Origin: Carcharhinus amblyrhynchos | Taxonomy: Eukaryota | DNA length: 64,000 nucleotides | NCBI GenBank assembly: GCA_965287045.1 | Contig: OZ336881.1 | Location: 36,890,001-36,954,000 of the forward strand | Direction: 5' to 3' | Part shown: positions 12,074-25,660 of the stretch, piece by piece | Numbering within the stretch: the first letter of the stretch is position 1 | Layout of the letters: each line of letters opens with the position of its first letter | Notes under the pieces: model-generated | Seen by the model: only the letters and a program-made list of their open reading frames with translations | Database searches by the model: none | What the model was told of the DNA's origin: nothing | Made by a program: the position numbers and the translations under genes

Positions 12074-13707
12074 GTGAGAGAGAATCCCATTGCCAGAGGT
12101 GACAACGACTGTGCAGTTGAAAGCCAGTCATATGACAGCATTCATCTTTACTGCCAAGTGCAGAAAAAGACCACCCATACTGCTATCATCGGAGCAGTCT
12201 GAAAAATAAGTCTGCCAATGGACTTGTAACACCATCTCTCTCGTTGCTATTCAGAGTGCTACCTTGGTTACGTTTTGAAATGCATCACAGAAATAGCGAG
12301 TTTAAATCGAAAGGAATTCTGACTGCTTATTTCATATTGGGTTCAACAGACATAGCAGTTTGAAGGACACTTCAAAATCTCAAAGCAGTGTTTCCAGGGA
12401 AAATACAACTGGACCATTGTTATAAAACCTGTCTCTGCCACAAACAACAACAAAGGACTCATAAACATTGAGCTCTCTAATTTTTGTTTTTTATCATTGT
12501 ATCTTAATGTGGTCAAAAATTAATCTCCTTTACTGTATAATTTGTGATTTTGCATGCTTGTGTTAGTGTGTGTTGCAATACACTTAGGCAGATTATGGAT
12601 GGCAGAAAGTTTTGAAGATATAAATAGAATTTAAATATGCATTAAACGGGATTGTATTCTTGTTTGACTGGCCAGAGTACAAGTATTGAACAGATAGTTT
12701 ACCTATAGTCTAAATCATTGCAAGAAGATGGTAACCAATGCACAATCTACCACTGAACGTGGTTATTTTCTCCAGATTTCTCACTGTGGTTTACATTTGG
12801 TCATCTTAAGCAACCTAGTTTTTCTTTCACCTGGGTTATGTTTAGAAAGTCTCAGATAGATAATAGACAGGCAAAACTGTTGCAGTAGCTTGCTCTGTAT
12901 TATAAGTTATATTTAAAATAAATCCTTGTCAATGAATTCAGGAAATCCTGTGGAAGAAGTATGTACCATATTCTCTAACTGATTTAAATGTAGAAAAAGT
13001 CTCATGGCAATTGTAGTTTTTTGTATTCAGTTTGCTGACTTTGAAGTATGTTCAGAATCAGTAATGCATTTGTGGAACATAGCTTTTACTCCATTGATTT
13101 GATTTGATTTATTATTAATGCAATTGCACCAAATGTTGGATTGAAATGCAATTAGACGTTCTAATCAAATGATAAAATTTGTGAAGTTGCTCATCCCTGA
13201 GATTATTTGTTTCAATAACTGCAATAATAATGTTATCCACAGATATGGATGAAAACACTTTCAGCCCATTACAATGTCACCCTGCTCCCTCTAGTGGTTC
13301 AGTAATAACAATGAAGACAATAACTGCAGAAGTGTTTCATCTTGCAGATTAGATATTCTATGCATATTTTGAGAATTTCATGAAGCACAATTTAACAGGG
13401 TGTATGTTTTAAAAATCAATATAAAGATATTACTTTTTTTGTTCTGAGCTTGGAATTGAAATTGTAAATTGAAGATACTCTTGCTCTTTGACATCTCGGC
13501 ATCTAATGCTTTGCCTTGTAGGAATGTTTTGAATATCAGTTATGGTTTAGTCATATCAGTGGGTGACTTTATAAATATCTAGCTGCTATAGGCGCACCCT
13601 ATTCTAAATTACTTTACAGATTACATAGCTTCCTCAAAAAGTCAGCTGCACAAAAATATTCCCTTTAAAACCATCACTTAAACAAATAGATTTTATTCTC
13701 AAGTAAG

Positions 13708-13917
13708 AAAAACTTGCATGTATGTAATCCCTTCACATCCTCAGTACATCCCTAAAGTATAACTTGGTTAGCCAAAGCCTCAGTTTAGCATCTGTTCTGT
13801 TAAAGACAGCCCTTTGAACACAATAGCATTGCACTGAAGTGCAAAAATGGATTATGTGCTTAGCTTGTTGGAGTGGGCCTTAACCCTTATTGACAAGAGC
13901 ACTACCAGTGAGCCATA
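13708..13917 (-). mobile_element. Deu-domain SINE (SacSINE1/AmnSINE1-like), decayed
   Basis: Minus strand reads TGGCTCACTGGTAGTGCTCTTG...CCCACTCCAACAAGCTAAGCACATAATCC...CAGTGCAA...GCTGTCTTT...TAAACTGAGGC, followed by an L2-like tail. Confidence 0.6.
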
Positions 13918-14864
13918 GTTGAAACTTCTCACTGATTACTGATTGGAGGAAAACAGAAGAATAAGGCAAGCCTCACCTTAAAAGTTATTTTCTGAAGTAC
14001 TGAAGAATGCCGATTGCATATCATGTTAAGGAGCATAATATATTAAATTAAGAGGTAGAAAAAATATGAATATATGTAAAACTAAAACACAACAAATTTA
14101 CAAGTTTATTTATAGGACCCCTAATTTCTGCCTGGTCTTTGACCAATATCATTACTGTATATTTTTGCACAGTTTTAAATATCTTACATAATGTTAAGAA
14201 CTATACACTGCCTGATAAAAGGATGGAAATATTGCAGCTGATGTGCAATGCAATTTCTTGGGCAAATACTATTACAATTAAATTAAAATCACATTCTTTC
14301 AAGGTAATGTGCAACACATTGTTTCCAATTTCCAGCACTTGCACTTATCAAGAAAGCACTGACCTGGCTCAGTCATATTGGAGGATTGACCCTGCATGAA
14401 GCAAATTGCAGTTGGCTGTGTACATTCGAATATGATTCGTATTTGGAAGCCCCATCCATAGGATTTTAGTTTTTAGATTACTTAACTGCTGGGATTTCAC
14501 TTTTAAATTTATGCCAATGTTCAACATATAATTTTCCTTTACAATAAAATATTGAATAACCAATAAAATAAAGTAACATGGATAAAATTTGGTTCTTTTG
14601 TGTGCCTGGCAAGGATGCTAATATCTAGCAAGAAGCATAAACCAATCTAAACTACTCTAGCAGAAAAATATCACAGGTAACATTGTACAGTCCTTTTCAG
14701 ATTTCACACTTTAATCTTACAGCACAGATCTTACAGGATCCTGCAATTCTTCTGATTACATATCTAATTTTTGATACCATTTATAATATATATATATAAG
14801 TAAAAGCAGGACCTACAGAATGCAAAACAATCCCATACGATAGATGGTTTCAATATTGTTCAGC

Positions 14865-15238
14865 AACAACAATTTGAATCTATACAGTGCCTTTGACAAT
14901 ATACAACGTTCCAAAGTGCTTTTGCAAGAGTATTATCAAACAAAACATGACGCCACTAACATAAAGAGATGTTAGGCCAGAACAACGAGGTAGATTTCAA
15001 GGAATGTGTTGAAGGAGGAATGAATGTTTAGAAGCACAGAAGTTTCGGGAGGAAATCCCAGAGTTTAGAGATTTGACAGCTGAAGGCATGGCTGTCAATG
15101 CTGGGGCAATTAAAATTGGGGATGTTCATGGGGCAGGGAACAGATGTGTTGGAGGATTGTGGGTCTGGAAGAGATTACAGAAGTAGAAGGCTGCGACCAA
15201 GGAGGGATTTGAAAACAAGGATTTGAATTTTTAAATTG
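14865..15238 (-). mobile_element. L2 LINE 3' end
   Basis: Reverse-complement similarity to the L2 3' end at 25.3-25.66 kb, with an ...AAAGGCACTGTATAGATTCAAATTGTTGTT tail. Confidence 0.65.
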
Positions 15239-16224
15239 CAAAAAATTGAAAAAGCAGAACTCAGTTTACTCTGCCAAGTTGGAACTGTAGTTGGAAAACT
15301 ATCATAGCCAGGAAAAGATGTTACAAAACAACAGTGAATAATGGGGGGAAAATGTAATAATATGTAAAATAAACTTGATTAATTGTTGGAAGTCCATTCA
15401 CTGTGTCAATTTTAAAGAAAAAGCAACTCAAAAGCAATAACCTCTGAATGCAATAGATTGTAAATACAATTGTCAAATATTCACAAGCATGATTTTAAAT
15501 TACCAGTGGATCTTTGTGGTGCTTGTTGAGAATAAAAAAAATGTTCTGCTCATTCAATGGATTGTATGTGGATCAAAAGGAGTTTTAAAGTTTTAATTTA
15601 ATTTAATTGTGAATAGTTAATGAAAATTTAGACCCCTCAGGTACAGCAGTTACATAAATAAATAAATCTGCTGAAAATTACATAAATTAATTTATGATTC
15701 CCATGCTTCTGGTGCTTGTTATATAATTAGAAATAATACTATAAGGCGATGAAAAATAAATAGATAATACATAAGTAGTGATTATTTAAGGAAATGCTGG
15801 AATGCAAATCTTTGCCATCTCTACAATTCAATCTCCAAGTCACCCTTCAAATCCTTACTGACGTTGACTTTCACAACCAGTGATCAGTTCAAAGATATCA
15901 GTTTTACATCATTTGCTACATATTGAAGATTATTTTGATTCTTCCATGTAGATTGGATGAAATCGCTGTTTCCTCTTGCAACTGAATAAAAATCAGATGA
16001 AACAGAATTAACTATGATAGTGATTTATTTTAAATAATACATTTGATGAATATGTATGTTATTTAAGATTTTTAACTGAATCCGAAGCTGACTGTCAGTA
16101 TTTACATACTGCAGACCGTGTGTGGCACATCATGAATTGCTGAGCCTCCTGTGCACACTAACCCTTCTCTTGTCTCCCACTTGAATTAGGCTTTCGTCAC
16201 TACGCTGTTAGGAGGTTTTGTAAC

Positions 16225-16560
16225 ACGGTGGGTAGCAGCTCTGCCTCTGACTAGAAGCTCTACGTTCAAGTCCCATCCCAAGGCTTGATGATCAAGGAAG
16301 GTGTATGCATAATGCGGCCAAACGGATTGAGAAACAACCTGCAAAATCCTTACAGCACACCAATGTACCACCAATGAGTTTGAGGGACTCATAGTCAGCC
16401 ATGCTTGATGTGGAGTGCACCTCTCAAGCTATAAGCCTCTGGTGACAACCTGGTGACCTGTTCCAGGAAAAACCTCACAATAGGAGCAGATGGAAAGTCT
16501 GCCATGTGCATTACTAGGTGTGAGAAGGGAAATGAAACAGCGAGTCATTCTTGTGGTTCC
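16225..16560 (+). mobile_element. tRNA-derived SINE, old family
   Basis: GGTAGCAGCTCTGCCTCTGACTAGAAGCTCTACGTTCAAGTCCC tRNA-like head with box B. Confidence 0.5.
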
Positions 16561-17299
16561 GCTGTGGGTCTGCTTATTGAATAGGGTGGCAATTTTTAAA
16601 AACTCACCACCACTTTTCATCAAAGTTCTTTTAAATTGAAATGAACTGCCTTTTGATTGGCCTGATGTATGTTACTGTTGTCTGATTGTTCAATTATTGA
16701 TTTACCAGGAATGTTATTAACCAGCAACGTAGGCTTATTGTCCAGTTGACTAGCTGGTCAGTCAGGTATTATTTGTCTTTTATGCTGATGTATGCGGTTT
16801 GTAGCATTATACAGTCTTAGTTCATTATTGGCCATCACATGTGTCCAGCATTTTGCATAGAACTTCCAAGATTCCAACAGGGGAAAAGAAGAAGCAACCT
16901 AAGCTATGATGGTAGTGTTCCCAACTCTCATGATTGGAAATTTCCCAGAAGCAGAAATTATTTCCCAAAGCGCTGCGTCCAGAAATCCAGAAGTCAGTGA
17001 TTTAAATTTTCTACTCCAACATCCTTCACCCACAACTTGATTCTTGACCAGAATGGAATGCAGGCCCAGGGGACTGGAGCATCAGACTTTCAGCCATGGG
17101 AAGTTTTGGAGATTTGTGGGGTGGGATAAGCAAAAGGATGAGTGAATGAGTGAAACCTGGGGACTTTACAGTGGGTGGAGACTGAAAAATTTCTTCCACT
17201 AGTAGACAAATGGAGTACTTGGGAATGGAAACCAAGTACTCCTGCTGGAAGTAAAGGGAAAATGAAGGTGTGTGAGGGTTACTGGGTTGTGGGATATTT

Positions 17300-17470
17300 C
17301 ACCAAGTGTGGATAGTGAGGTAGGGACTGAAACTTGATTTCAAAGGGAATGGATAAATATTTGAGAAGAAGGAATATAAAAGGGTCTAAGGAGCAATGGA
17401 TTATGAAGTGAGTGCCAGCAATGAATGGCCAAATGGCCTTCTCCTATTCTGTAATTTTTACAATGCTATA
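17300..17470 (+). mobile_element. CR1 3' tail fragment
   Basis: ...TTCAAAGGGAATGGATAAATATTTGAG...ATGGCCAAATGGCCTTCTCCTATTCTGTAA resembles CR1 3' ends. Confidence 0.55.
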
Positions 17471-17676
17471 AAATTCTCATTAATTGAGTTTGACTCAGGG
17501 AATGGTTTAGCAATGTTTTTGCTGAACTCTATGTGACTTGTGAGAAGCCCCCAACATTGACCTTACGGTTCTTTGTGCAATCATTCATTTCGTTCAAACA
17601 AATCTGTGCTGCCAGGTTTAATGTGTGAAGTCCAAGTACTGATCAACTCTGACTGGATTCTCTGATCTCGCCCTCA

Positions 17677-17777
17677 GCTGGGATTCTCCAGGTCCACTGC
17701 AGTGAATGGAGATTTGGCTGAGTGTCATTGTCTGTTCCTGTGGGCAGCAGCGGGAGAATGGCAAGGAGAATTCCAGC
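17677..17777. mobile_element. ~100 bp MITE
   Basis: 13-bp terminal inverted repeats GCTGGGATTCTCC ... GGAGAATTCCAGC (one mismatch). Confidence 0.65.
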
Positions 17778-18429
17778 GCAAAGTTGTCACCTTTGTAAGA
17801 AACTGGGGCCCAAAGCAGAATCCCAGGTGATAGGGACAGAGATGGGAGCTTTTAAATGTGGCATCAACTGGGGAAACTGACCGCATCTGTAGAGTGTAGT
17901 TGATTCTGACTGTGGCTTCAGGGTAAATATTAATAGGGTTATATGTAGGATTATTACTAGCTATAGGTAGGATATCAGAGCATTACATTGATTATTATGG
18001 GTGGAAATTTACGAGAATTTGGCCAAGTGCCAGTTCTGGTGAGAAAACTGGTTTGGACCTCTCCAGCTCCACTGACCAGGTTTCTGTCCAGATCTTTTCA
18101 CTTCACCATCTCAAATGAAGAATAGGCATGTTTTGTGCCATCACTCTGGCCATCACTCTGACTTTTGGAGCATGGAACCTCACCCATACCTTCAATTTCC
18201 CTTTCTCCTCACCCTCAGTTTCCCCCTTCCTCAATTTCGATTTCCTCCCTTACCCCGCGCCCCCTTCAGCAAACTGAACTATTCCTGAGCTTAGTTTCCC
18301 TCCCCCTTTCCCCACCCCCAGTCCCATCTTTCCTTGACCTATATTTTCCCCCTTTTTCTTGCCCTATGTTTCCTCTCTTCACTCGCACATGGGTGACTCC
18401 TCATTCTTGGAAACTGTGGCATTACAACT

Positions 18430-18520
18430 ATATATCAAATATCCTTTGTCTGAAACCCTTGGAGCCAATTGCATTTCCAGATTCAAACATTTTTGGTTTT
18501 CGGATTTACTGTATCCATGA
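18430..18520 (+). mobile_element. Tigger/pogo-like terminal fragment
   Basis: TATCCTTTGTCTGAAACCCTTGGAGCCA...TTTTCGGATTT resembles Tigger/MER46-type TIR regions (from memory). Confidence 0.4.
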
Positions 18521-19299
18521 TAGGCCAAGGCCTACTTACATTACAGCAGCCTAAAGCCAAGGTCAGCTAGTCTACAACTGCTAGATTATTTCTCCATTTG
18601 CCAACTCTCACACCCTACTTCTTACCTGTTGACACTTATTGAATTGATAATGTAATATTTATTATATTGTTTTATTAACATACAAATTAACTGCAGCACT
18701 GTTTAAAAAATGGTTTGGTTTTCAGTTGAATGGAAAAGATATTCAACCTGGCACAAAACCACAAGCGCCGAACCACAGAACATTCAACCTTTGTCAAGTC
18801 AATGCAGTAACATTTGTGGAAATGATCAGACATCATGCAATTAGATGTAACATGGTCACATGTCATGTGGTAAACTAGTACACGATCAAGCTCCATGAAT
18901 GCCTCCAACCAAATCGTGTGCTTTGACGAATACGTTACCATAACACACAATGTGATGTTCATTTTAGGTTGCTGCAAAACAAAATCTTTGCCCGGTTTTT
19001 AGACTTTGCTGTAGCTGCAGATGTTGCTGATTCCTGATGTGGGCCAGCTGTCATTCAGCACCAGATGGTAGTGCTTTGGCTCTGTGAAGAAGGGACAAAG
19101 AAATGGAGTTTTGAATCTGGCAGCTTAGTGAGCAATCAGACTGGCAATCACCAAATCAACATGAGGTTTGAATTGCTGCTGCCAAAGTGGTGCCAACACC
19201 TGAAGCAAGGAATTCAGCTCCTCTCCAGAGCAACAGTCATTCCTGGGGATTATAGTCTAAGTGGAAATGATCCTTTAATTTATTCATTGGATGTGGATG

Positions 19300-19600
19300 T
19301 TACCCCTGAACTGAATGGGCTCAGAGGGCATTTAAAAGTCAATCACACTCTGTTTATCTGGAGTCACACTTAGGCCAGACCAAGTAAGATTTCCTAAAGA
19401 AGATTAGTGAACTAGATGAGTTTAGTTTTCATGAATTTTGTTTCGACCTTGTTTTCATAGTCATTAGACTTTTAGTTACAGATTTTTATTGAATTCAAAT
19501 TTCATCATTTGTTCTGATGGGATTCAAACCCAGATCCTCAGAGCATTGCCCTGGGTGTCTAGATTACTAGTCCAGTGAAAATACACCACTGCCTTCCCTG
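19300..19600 (-). mobile_element. tRNA-headed repeat (same family as 2790-2960, 35300-35560 and 39480-39890)
   Basis: Minus strand GTGGTGTATTTTCACTGGACTAGTAATCTAGA...GGGTTTGAATCCCA...GAAATTTGAATTCAATAAA; cross-matches the other copies. Confidence 0.65.
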
Positions 19601-19654
19601 ATTTTTAATCTAGGTCACACTCACGAGGTCAGGGGATCTCCGAACATAAAGGAA

Positions 19655-19865
19655 AAAGAACTTGCTTTTATTTAGCACCTTATGATTCTGAAAAACATCA
19701 AAAAGTGCTTGACATATAAATAATTACACTAAGCGCTGTGACCATAGTCATGGAGATAAATGCAGTGGCTACTTTGCATACAGAAAGATTTGACAATCAT
19801 AATGAAGGAGCAGATTAATTGATATTTGGTATTTTTGGCTGAGGAAGTATTGCTGACCAGTGGTG
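19655..19865 (-). mobile_element. Deu-SINE 3' part
   Basis: Shares an L2-type tail (AAGGTGCTAAATAAAAGCAAGTTC on the minus strand) with the 13.7 kb copy. Confidence 0.45.
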
Positions 19866-19899
19866 CTGAAAACTTGTGTTCCATTACTATCTGCACCTC

Positions 19900-21005
19900 C
19901 AGCCAAGCTGCTTTAGTACAGCTACAACAGTAGTACCTACCTGATAAGTATACCTGTTCACAATAAAGAGGACAAATCCAATCCAGCCAATTACCATTCC
20001 ATCAAAGTGATGGAATGTAACATTGACAATTCTATCAAGAGGTAATAGCCTTCATACTGATGCTTAATTTGGGTCCTACCAAAGGCACTTGACTCAAGTG
20101 CTTATTAGAATATTGGTCCAAGCATGGATAGAATAGCTGAATTCAAAAGGTGATGTGGGAATGACTGCCCTGAACATCAAGGCAACATTTGGCTGAGTGG
20201 AGCATCAAAGGAATCCTAGCAAAAATTGAACTCAATGGGAATCTGGGGAAATTTCTCCACTCATTTAGAGTTAATTTAGGTTAGAGGGATTAGTGGGTGG
20301 AGATTTGAGGTAGAGCCTGGGTGGGATTGTGGTCGGTGCAGACTCGATGGACCGAATGGCCTCATTCTGTACTGTAGGGTTTCTATGATTTCTCATTAAT
20401 GTCATATCTAGTACAAGGAAGATGATTGTAGTTATTGGAGACTAATCATCTCAGCCCCAGGACACTGCAGAAGGAATTCCTCAGGATAGCTAGACCAAAC
20501 ATACTCAATTATCTCAGCAATGATTTGCCCTCCACCATAAGGTCAGAAATGGGAATGTTCACTGATAATTGGACAGAATCCAGTACCATTTGCATCATCC
20601 CACCAGATCCTGAAACAGACTGCGTCCATATGTAACAAGTCCTGGGCAAAATTCAGACATAGACTGATAAGTGGCAAGCAATATTTGCGCTACGCTGATG
20701 ACAGGTAACGACCGTCTCCAAGAGGAGAGATTCTAACGTCTTTGATTCAACAGCAATCTCACAGCTGAATGCTCCACCGTTTAAACCCTTGGAATTGCCA
20801 TCGACCTGAAACTTAAGTGGGCTAACTGTGTAAATGTAAATACTTTGGCTAAAGGAGAAGGGCAGAGGCTGGGAATTATGTGCTGAGTGACTCATCGCTG
20901 ACTCCCAAAGTTATTTATGAGGCACAAGTCAGGAGTGTGATGGAATACTCTCCACTTGCTGAGTGAGTGCAACTGCAACAACACTCAGAAGCTCAACACC
21001 ACCTT
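19900..21005 (+). mobile_element. Decayed CR1-group LINE RT region
   Basis: PVHNKEDKSNPANY, ALNIKATF, MFTDNW and KAQVRSVMEYSPL-like segments. Same family as 37.6-39.9 kb. Confidence 0.7.
20277..20393 (+). mobile_element. HE1-like SINE 3' part nested in the LINE
   Basis: GCCTGGGTGGGATTGTGGTCGGTGCAGACTCGATGGACCGAATGGCC...CTATGATT is near-identical to 37397-37472. Confidence 0.85.
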
Positions 21006-21129
21006 AAATATCCACTTGTACCACTGAAACATACAAATGGAGCTTTAAGTTAACAATGCTTCTAAAGAATGATACTTTCAACAATGCAAAATCCCTTCAG
21101 CAATGGATTTAGGTGTTAGTCCAGATTAT

Positions 21130-21357
21130 AAAACATGAAGTCGCCATTGTCCCAGGTGACCATAGGCTGCTCCCTCTTTGTGGGGGAGAGCTGAGTAGTG
21201 GTGATTGAACTTGAGGACCACCATACCTTAGACAAGGGGCAAGGTTGAGATGGCAGGCCTTCATGAATAACCTCAGCCATTATGGGAATTGAACTTGTGC
21301 TGTTGCCAACTCTCTCATCACAATCCAAATGTCCGGTAAACTGAACTAACTGACCAC
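21130..21357 (-). mobile_element. tRNA-derived SINE
   Basis: Minus strand GGTCAGTTAGTTCAGTT...AGTTCAATTCCC head, then a ~150-nt body ending GGGACAATGGCGACTTC. Confidence 0.6.
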
Positions 21358-23189
21358 CATGGTTGCATATTCAAGCTCTAACTCAATCTTCTAAACCAAA
21401 ACAAGAGAACTAAATGGCACTGGGGAGTCAGTTGACCAAGGGAAGTTTGTGAAGTATGGGTAATGGTGCAATTGAGGATGTTGCCAAATGCAGGATGCTG
21501 AGAAGCCTAGTATGATGTACTGTTCTGATTGTGGGAAAGTGGAAGAAGGAGATATTGGAGACAAATTTATATACATTATCAAGTAAATTTTATTTTTTGG
21601 GGATAATAAAACATTATCTGAGATTCTGTCATTCTCACTTGGAATCTTATTAGTAGAACGTGATTGTGTAGTTTCTTTGGAAGATAAATGTAAATTGAGG
21701 AGTAAGGTTTTGCCAAATAAGAGTAAAGGAAAGAAGTAGAAGATAATGGAGGACTGGATTTTCTTTGCTTGTGCATGGAGCATGTAATTCTCCTTACACA
21801 AAAGCTGTGATACAAGGACACAGGGTATTTGTTCAGTACCATTTCATATGCCTTCAAACTCCCAAAATCTCAAACCTACTTCTCCACTTGTAAGACAAGA
21901 CAGCACGTAACAAATGAAAACAAAAGCCAGACAGGAATTTGAACACATCAACTTTTTTTAAGGAGGCCATGCTTATCTAATTGAAATGAGAGAACATGCA
22001 GAGAGGATGGCAGGCCGAGACTGGAGGTCTTCCTAAAGATGAAGATCTAGCATCTTGCCTGTCCATTTATTTTTCCTTCCCTACTCACTCATTGCCATAC
22101 CAGTAGCACATGCATTTTGCACACATCATCTAATTACTGTTTCAGTCAGCATTCTGATGACATTTGTATGTGATCCCACACCACCCCCACCTCTGAACCC
22201 ATCCCTTCCCAAAAGAACCTGACCCCTGACCCAGATGGACAACAATTCAGCGCCTCACAACACTATGCAAGAAGATAATAAAGCAGCACAGGTACATCCA
22301 TTGTAAAAACATTTAGACAACTAGTTTGAATGGGATTTTACGAGGTAAAAAACAGTGCATGGGGGACTAGAGGCAATTTTAATTGAGAGTGGGACATGAA
22401 AAACCTACTGTCCAGAAGGCCAGCTTGTATCCTTCCTCAACAATATAACCCTGGGATTTCTACCTTGCAGGGTTTAAATGAAAAAGATGGATGTAATCTG
22501 CCTAATCTATTGCTGTCTTTATGCCAAGTACTATGCAATGTCTGGCAATGACTGTGGAGGATTTCACTGCCAGAATCTGTGCAGTTGCACATATATCTTT
22601 ATCTGAAATGTAGTCTGGCTTGGAGCACATGGAGACTTCAGGGGCATGAGTATCACAGTCCCAAGTGACAGAGATCCTTTGCACAGTTCAGGTGTATAAT
22701 CTGGGTGACTTAAGTACAGCAAAAAAATATTTTTGAAACAGAATGGACATATTTCTTGGGAAAGGGGAGTTTTCATACTACAGTAATTCCTCAAGTGGAA
22801 ATTTCTACTTTATCAAGAGTTTCTTCTGATGAAGTGTTGGCTGATTGCATTAGATGTGAAGTGTTATATGGGCTTTAAATCGAGATGGTGATATGTCAAC
22901 ATTTACAGAGCAAAGACAACCTGTTAAAATTGGAGTCCCCCCTAACATTCATATTTAATTTTAAAACAATTTATGATGATAAAAAGCATCTTTAAATATT
23001 GAGACAAGAGTGTGATGTTTATTGCCTCTCTTTCAAGACCGTCTCCTCCCTTACATTACAGAACTATTGACTAAACCTTGATTCTGTTGCCAGATTCTGT
23101 TTTTTTTTATTTTTACTTAGATATTTCTCTTGTGTCAAAGCCTACTCCTATACATGAACCTTGCTCCCTTTGTGTGCCTTTACACACCC

Positions 23190-23900
23190 AATATCTGGTA
23201 ATGCAGTGAAGCCAGAGATTCAATAGAAACCTATCTGCCATTTTTTCCACCTCCAATGATGTCCCAAACATTGGAACATAGGTAAGTCAAACAAGAGATC
23301 TATAAAGTCACGATGGCTGTGAAACTCAATAAGGTTTCAAAATGGCCATAGAGATCATGATGGGATTAACCCAGCTCAGTTATTTCCGATGCAGGCGGCA
23401 CACAATATGTAGCCGTGATGGCATGGACACAGTGCGGAAAAAGGCCCTTCCAGAACAAGAGGTGCCCATTGCTTTGTTTTTTTAGTTGACCTTCTCCTGC
23501 ACACCATGCTCCATTTCGGACATCGTTGATGTCAAAGCAACTGAGATCCTAAGCTGTAATAGCGATGCGGATCGTAGGTTTGTCATTGTTAGGGTTGAGG
23601 CTTTCCGTGAGGATCCTGATATTCCAAGTTCCAAACTTTATTTGGATGAGTGGAAGATGGCTGTGCATGATTTTTTTTTAAACATGGGTTGGTCATTGCA
23701 CACCAACTGCCATACAATCTCAACAGAATGGGATTTTGGTCCAATGACAAGGAGTTTTTGAGATGATTGGCAGCCAGGCTCCACTGTGAGACATTGGCTC
23801 AAACCAGTGAATGATCATATGCAGATGTGCGTCTGTCTCACAATTGTAATCGAGGTTGCTGGCAGTGCCAACCTGTGGCAGGGGGCAGTGCCAGAGCAGC
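23190..23900 (-). mobile_element. RTE LINE, internally deleted
   Basis: Minus-strand translation KFGTWNIRIL...DKPTIRIAITA*DL..FDIND...GEGQLKKQSNGHLLFWKG (APE N-terminus). Confidence 0.7.
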
Positions 23901-24371
23901 CCCTGGAGGTAGCCTCCTGTGTGGAGATTCACTTATTTGTGTTGGTGAGGGGAAGCAGACATGTAAGTAATAGGAATGCCGGCAATGATTGGGAAAAGAG
24001 GCCAAAGCTTGGGATGACCAAAGGAAGGGAGGGGGGGGGGTGCGGTGAGGGGTGACCCAGAATGATCTGGGCTGGAAGGGGGCTGATGTTGGGATGATCG
24101 GGGGATGGGGGCTGCGAGGGGAGCTAATGCAGGAGGAGCTGGTTCCTGGCTCAAAGAATCCCCACCTCACCAGACTGACAACGCAATCCACGCTCATTTT
24201 CGTTTGCAGTTTAAGTCACAAGATCCAAAGAGAAAACTAGCCAGTGGAGCTGGAGTTTCACATTGGTTTTCTCACCAGAACTGACACACTGCCAAATTCT
24301 CGTAACATTGGCTTCAGCTTCTGACTTCATTACCTGCTACCATGCTCCATTAAGCATATATAAGAATATTA

Positions 24372-24976
24372 AAGCGGGGAGGTCTTGCTGCAACTGTACA
24401 GGGCACTGGTGAGGCTGCAGCTGGAGTACTGTGTGTCGTTTTGGTCGCCGCACTTGCGTAAGGATATTTTGGCCTTGGAGGGAGTGCAGAGGAGGTTCAC
24501 TAGGCTGATACCAGAGATGAGGGGGTTGGACTATGAAGAGAGACTAAATAGACTGGGTCTGTACTCGTTGGAGTTTAGAAGGATGAGGGGGGATCTTATA
24601 GAGACGTATTAGATAACGAAGGGGATGGATAGGGTAGAGGTAGAGAGATTCTTCCCGATCAGAAAGGACAGCAGGACTAGAGGGCACAGCCTCAAGATAA
24701 GGGGGGAGCAGTTTAGATTGGAGTTGAGGAGGAACTTCTTCACTCAAAGGGTGGTGAATCTCTGGAATTCTCTGCCCGTTGAAGTGGTGGAGGCTACCTC
24801 ACTAAATATATTTAAGACACGGGTAGATAGGGTTTTGGTAGTCAAGGGAATTAAGGGTTATGGGGAGAAAGCGGGAAAGTGGAACTGAGCCACTTCAGAT
24901 CAGCCATGATCTTACTGAATGGCGAGGCAGGCTCGAAGGGCTAGATGGCCTACTCCTGCTCCTATTTCTTATGTTC
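24372..24976 (+). mobile_element. Young CR1 LINE 3' end
   Basis: LYRALVRLQLEYCVSFWSPHLRKDILALEGVQRRFTRLIP...RGDLIETY*...TRGHSLK...FFTQRVVNLWNSLP with a single stop, followed by a 3' UTR ending CCTATTTCTTATGTTC. Confidence 0.95.
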
Positions 24977-25660
24977 ACCACCACTGTCTGAGGCTGCACC
25001 AAACTTCTCTCAACCTTGGATCCTAATTGACACTGAGCTCAGTTTCTGAACCCATATCCTCTCCATCAGCAACTCTGTAAAACCTCCCATCTCTGGTCCT
25101 GCTTCAGCTCATCTGTTGCTGAAACCTTCATCCATGCCTTCGTTATCTTTAGATTTGACTATCTCAATACTGTCCTGGCTGGCCTTTCATCTGCATTCTG
25201 TGTAGCTCACCCAATTCCCTTAGTTGCACCAAGTCCCTTTTGTCCTCATATCTGCGTTCATTCACCTTGACTGGCTCCTAATCCAGCAATTTCTATTTTA
25301 AAATTCATATCCTAGTTTTAATGCTGCTCCATGTCCTTTCCTTTTCCTATCTTTGCAGTCTCCTTTAGCCCCACAGCTCTCCAAGATATTGAAGATCCTT
25401 CAATTCTGGCCTCTCGTGCAGCCATGATTTCCTATGTTCTTCCACTGCCTTCAGCTGTCTAAACCCTAAGCTCCAGAATGCTTTATCGAAACCTCTCTGC
25501 CTCTTTCTTCCTCCTTTAGGATGCTGCTTAAAACCTTTTTGACCAAGCTTTTGATTGTCAATCCTAATATCTTATGTGGTTAGGTGCCAAATTTGGTTGA
25601 TTACGTTCCTGTGAAGCACCTTGGGATGTTTTATGATATTAATGTATATTTTTGTTATTA
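24977..25660 (+). mobile_element. L2 LINE 3' fragment
   Basis: ETFIHAFVIFRFDYLNTVLAG motif and an L2 tail CCTGTGAAGCACCTTGGGATGTTTT. Confidence 0.75.

Larger units (their letters stand above)
17998..24312. repeat. Pair of ~100-bp inverted repeats (17998-18105 / 24210-24312), probably DNA-transposon ends
   Basis: TTACGAGAATTTGGC..GTGCCAGTTCTGGTGAGAAAAC...CTCCAGCTCCACTG versus CAGTGGAGCTGGAG...GTTTTCTCACCAGAACTGACAC..GCCAAATTCTCGTAA. Confidence 0.7.

Noticed and set aside
12030-12135. SECIS element
   Set aside because: Hairpins exist, but they lack the canonical RUGA-N11-13-AA spacing and correct G.A quartet register, so no SECIS is called.
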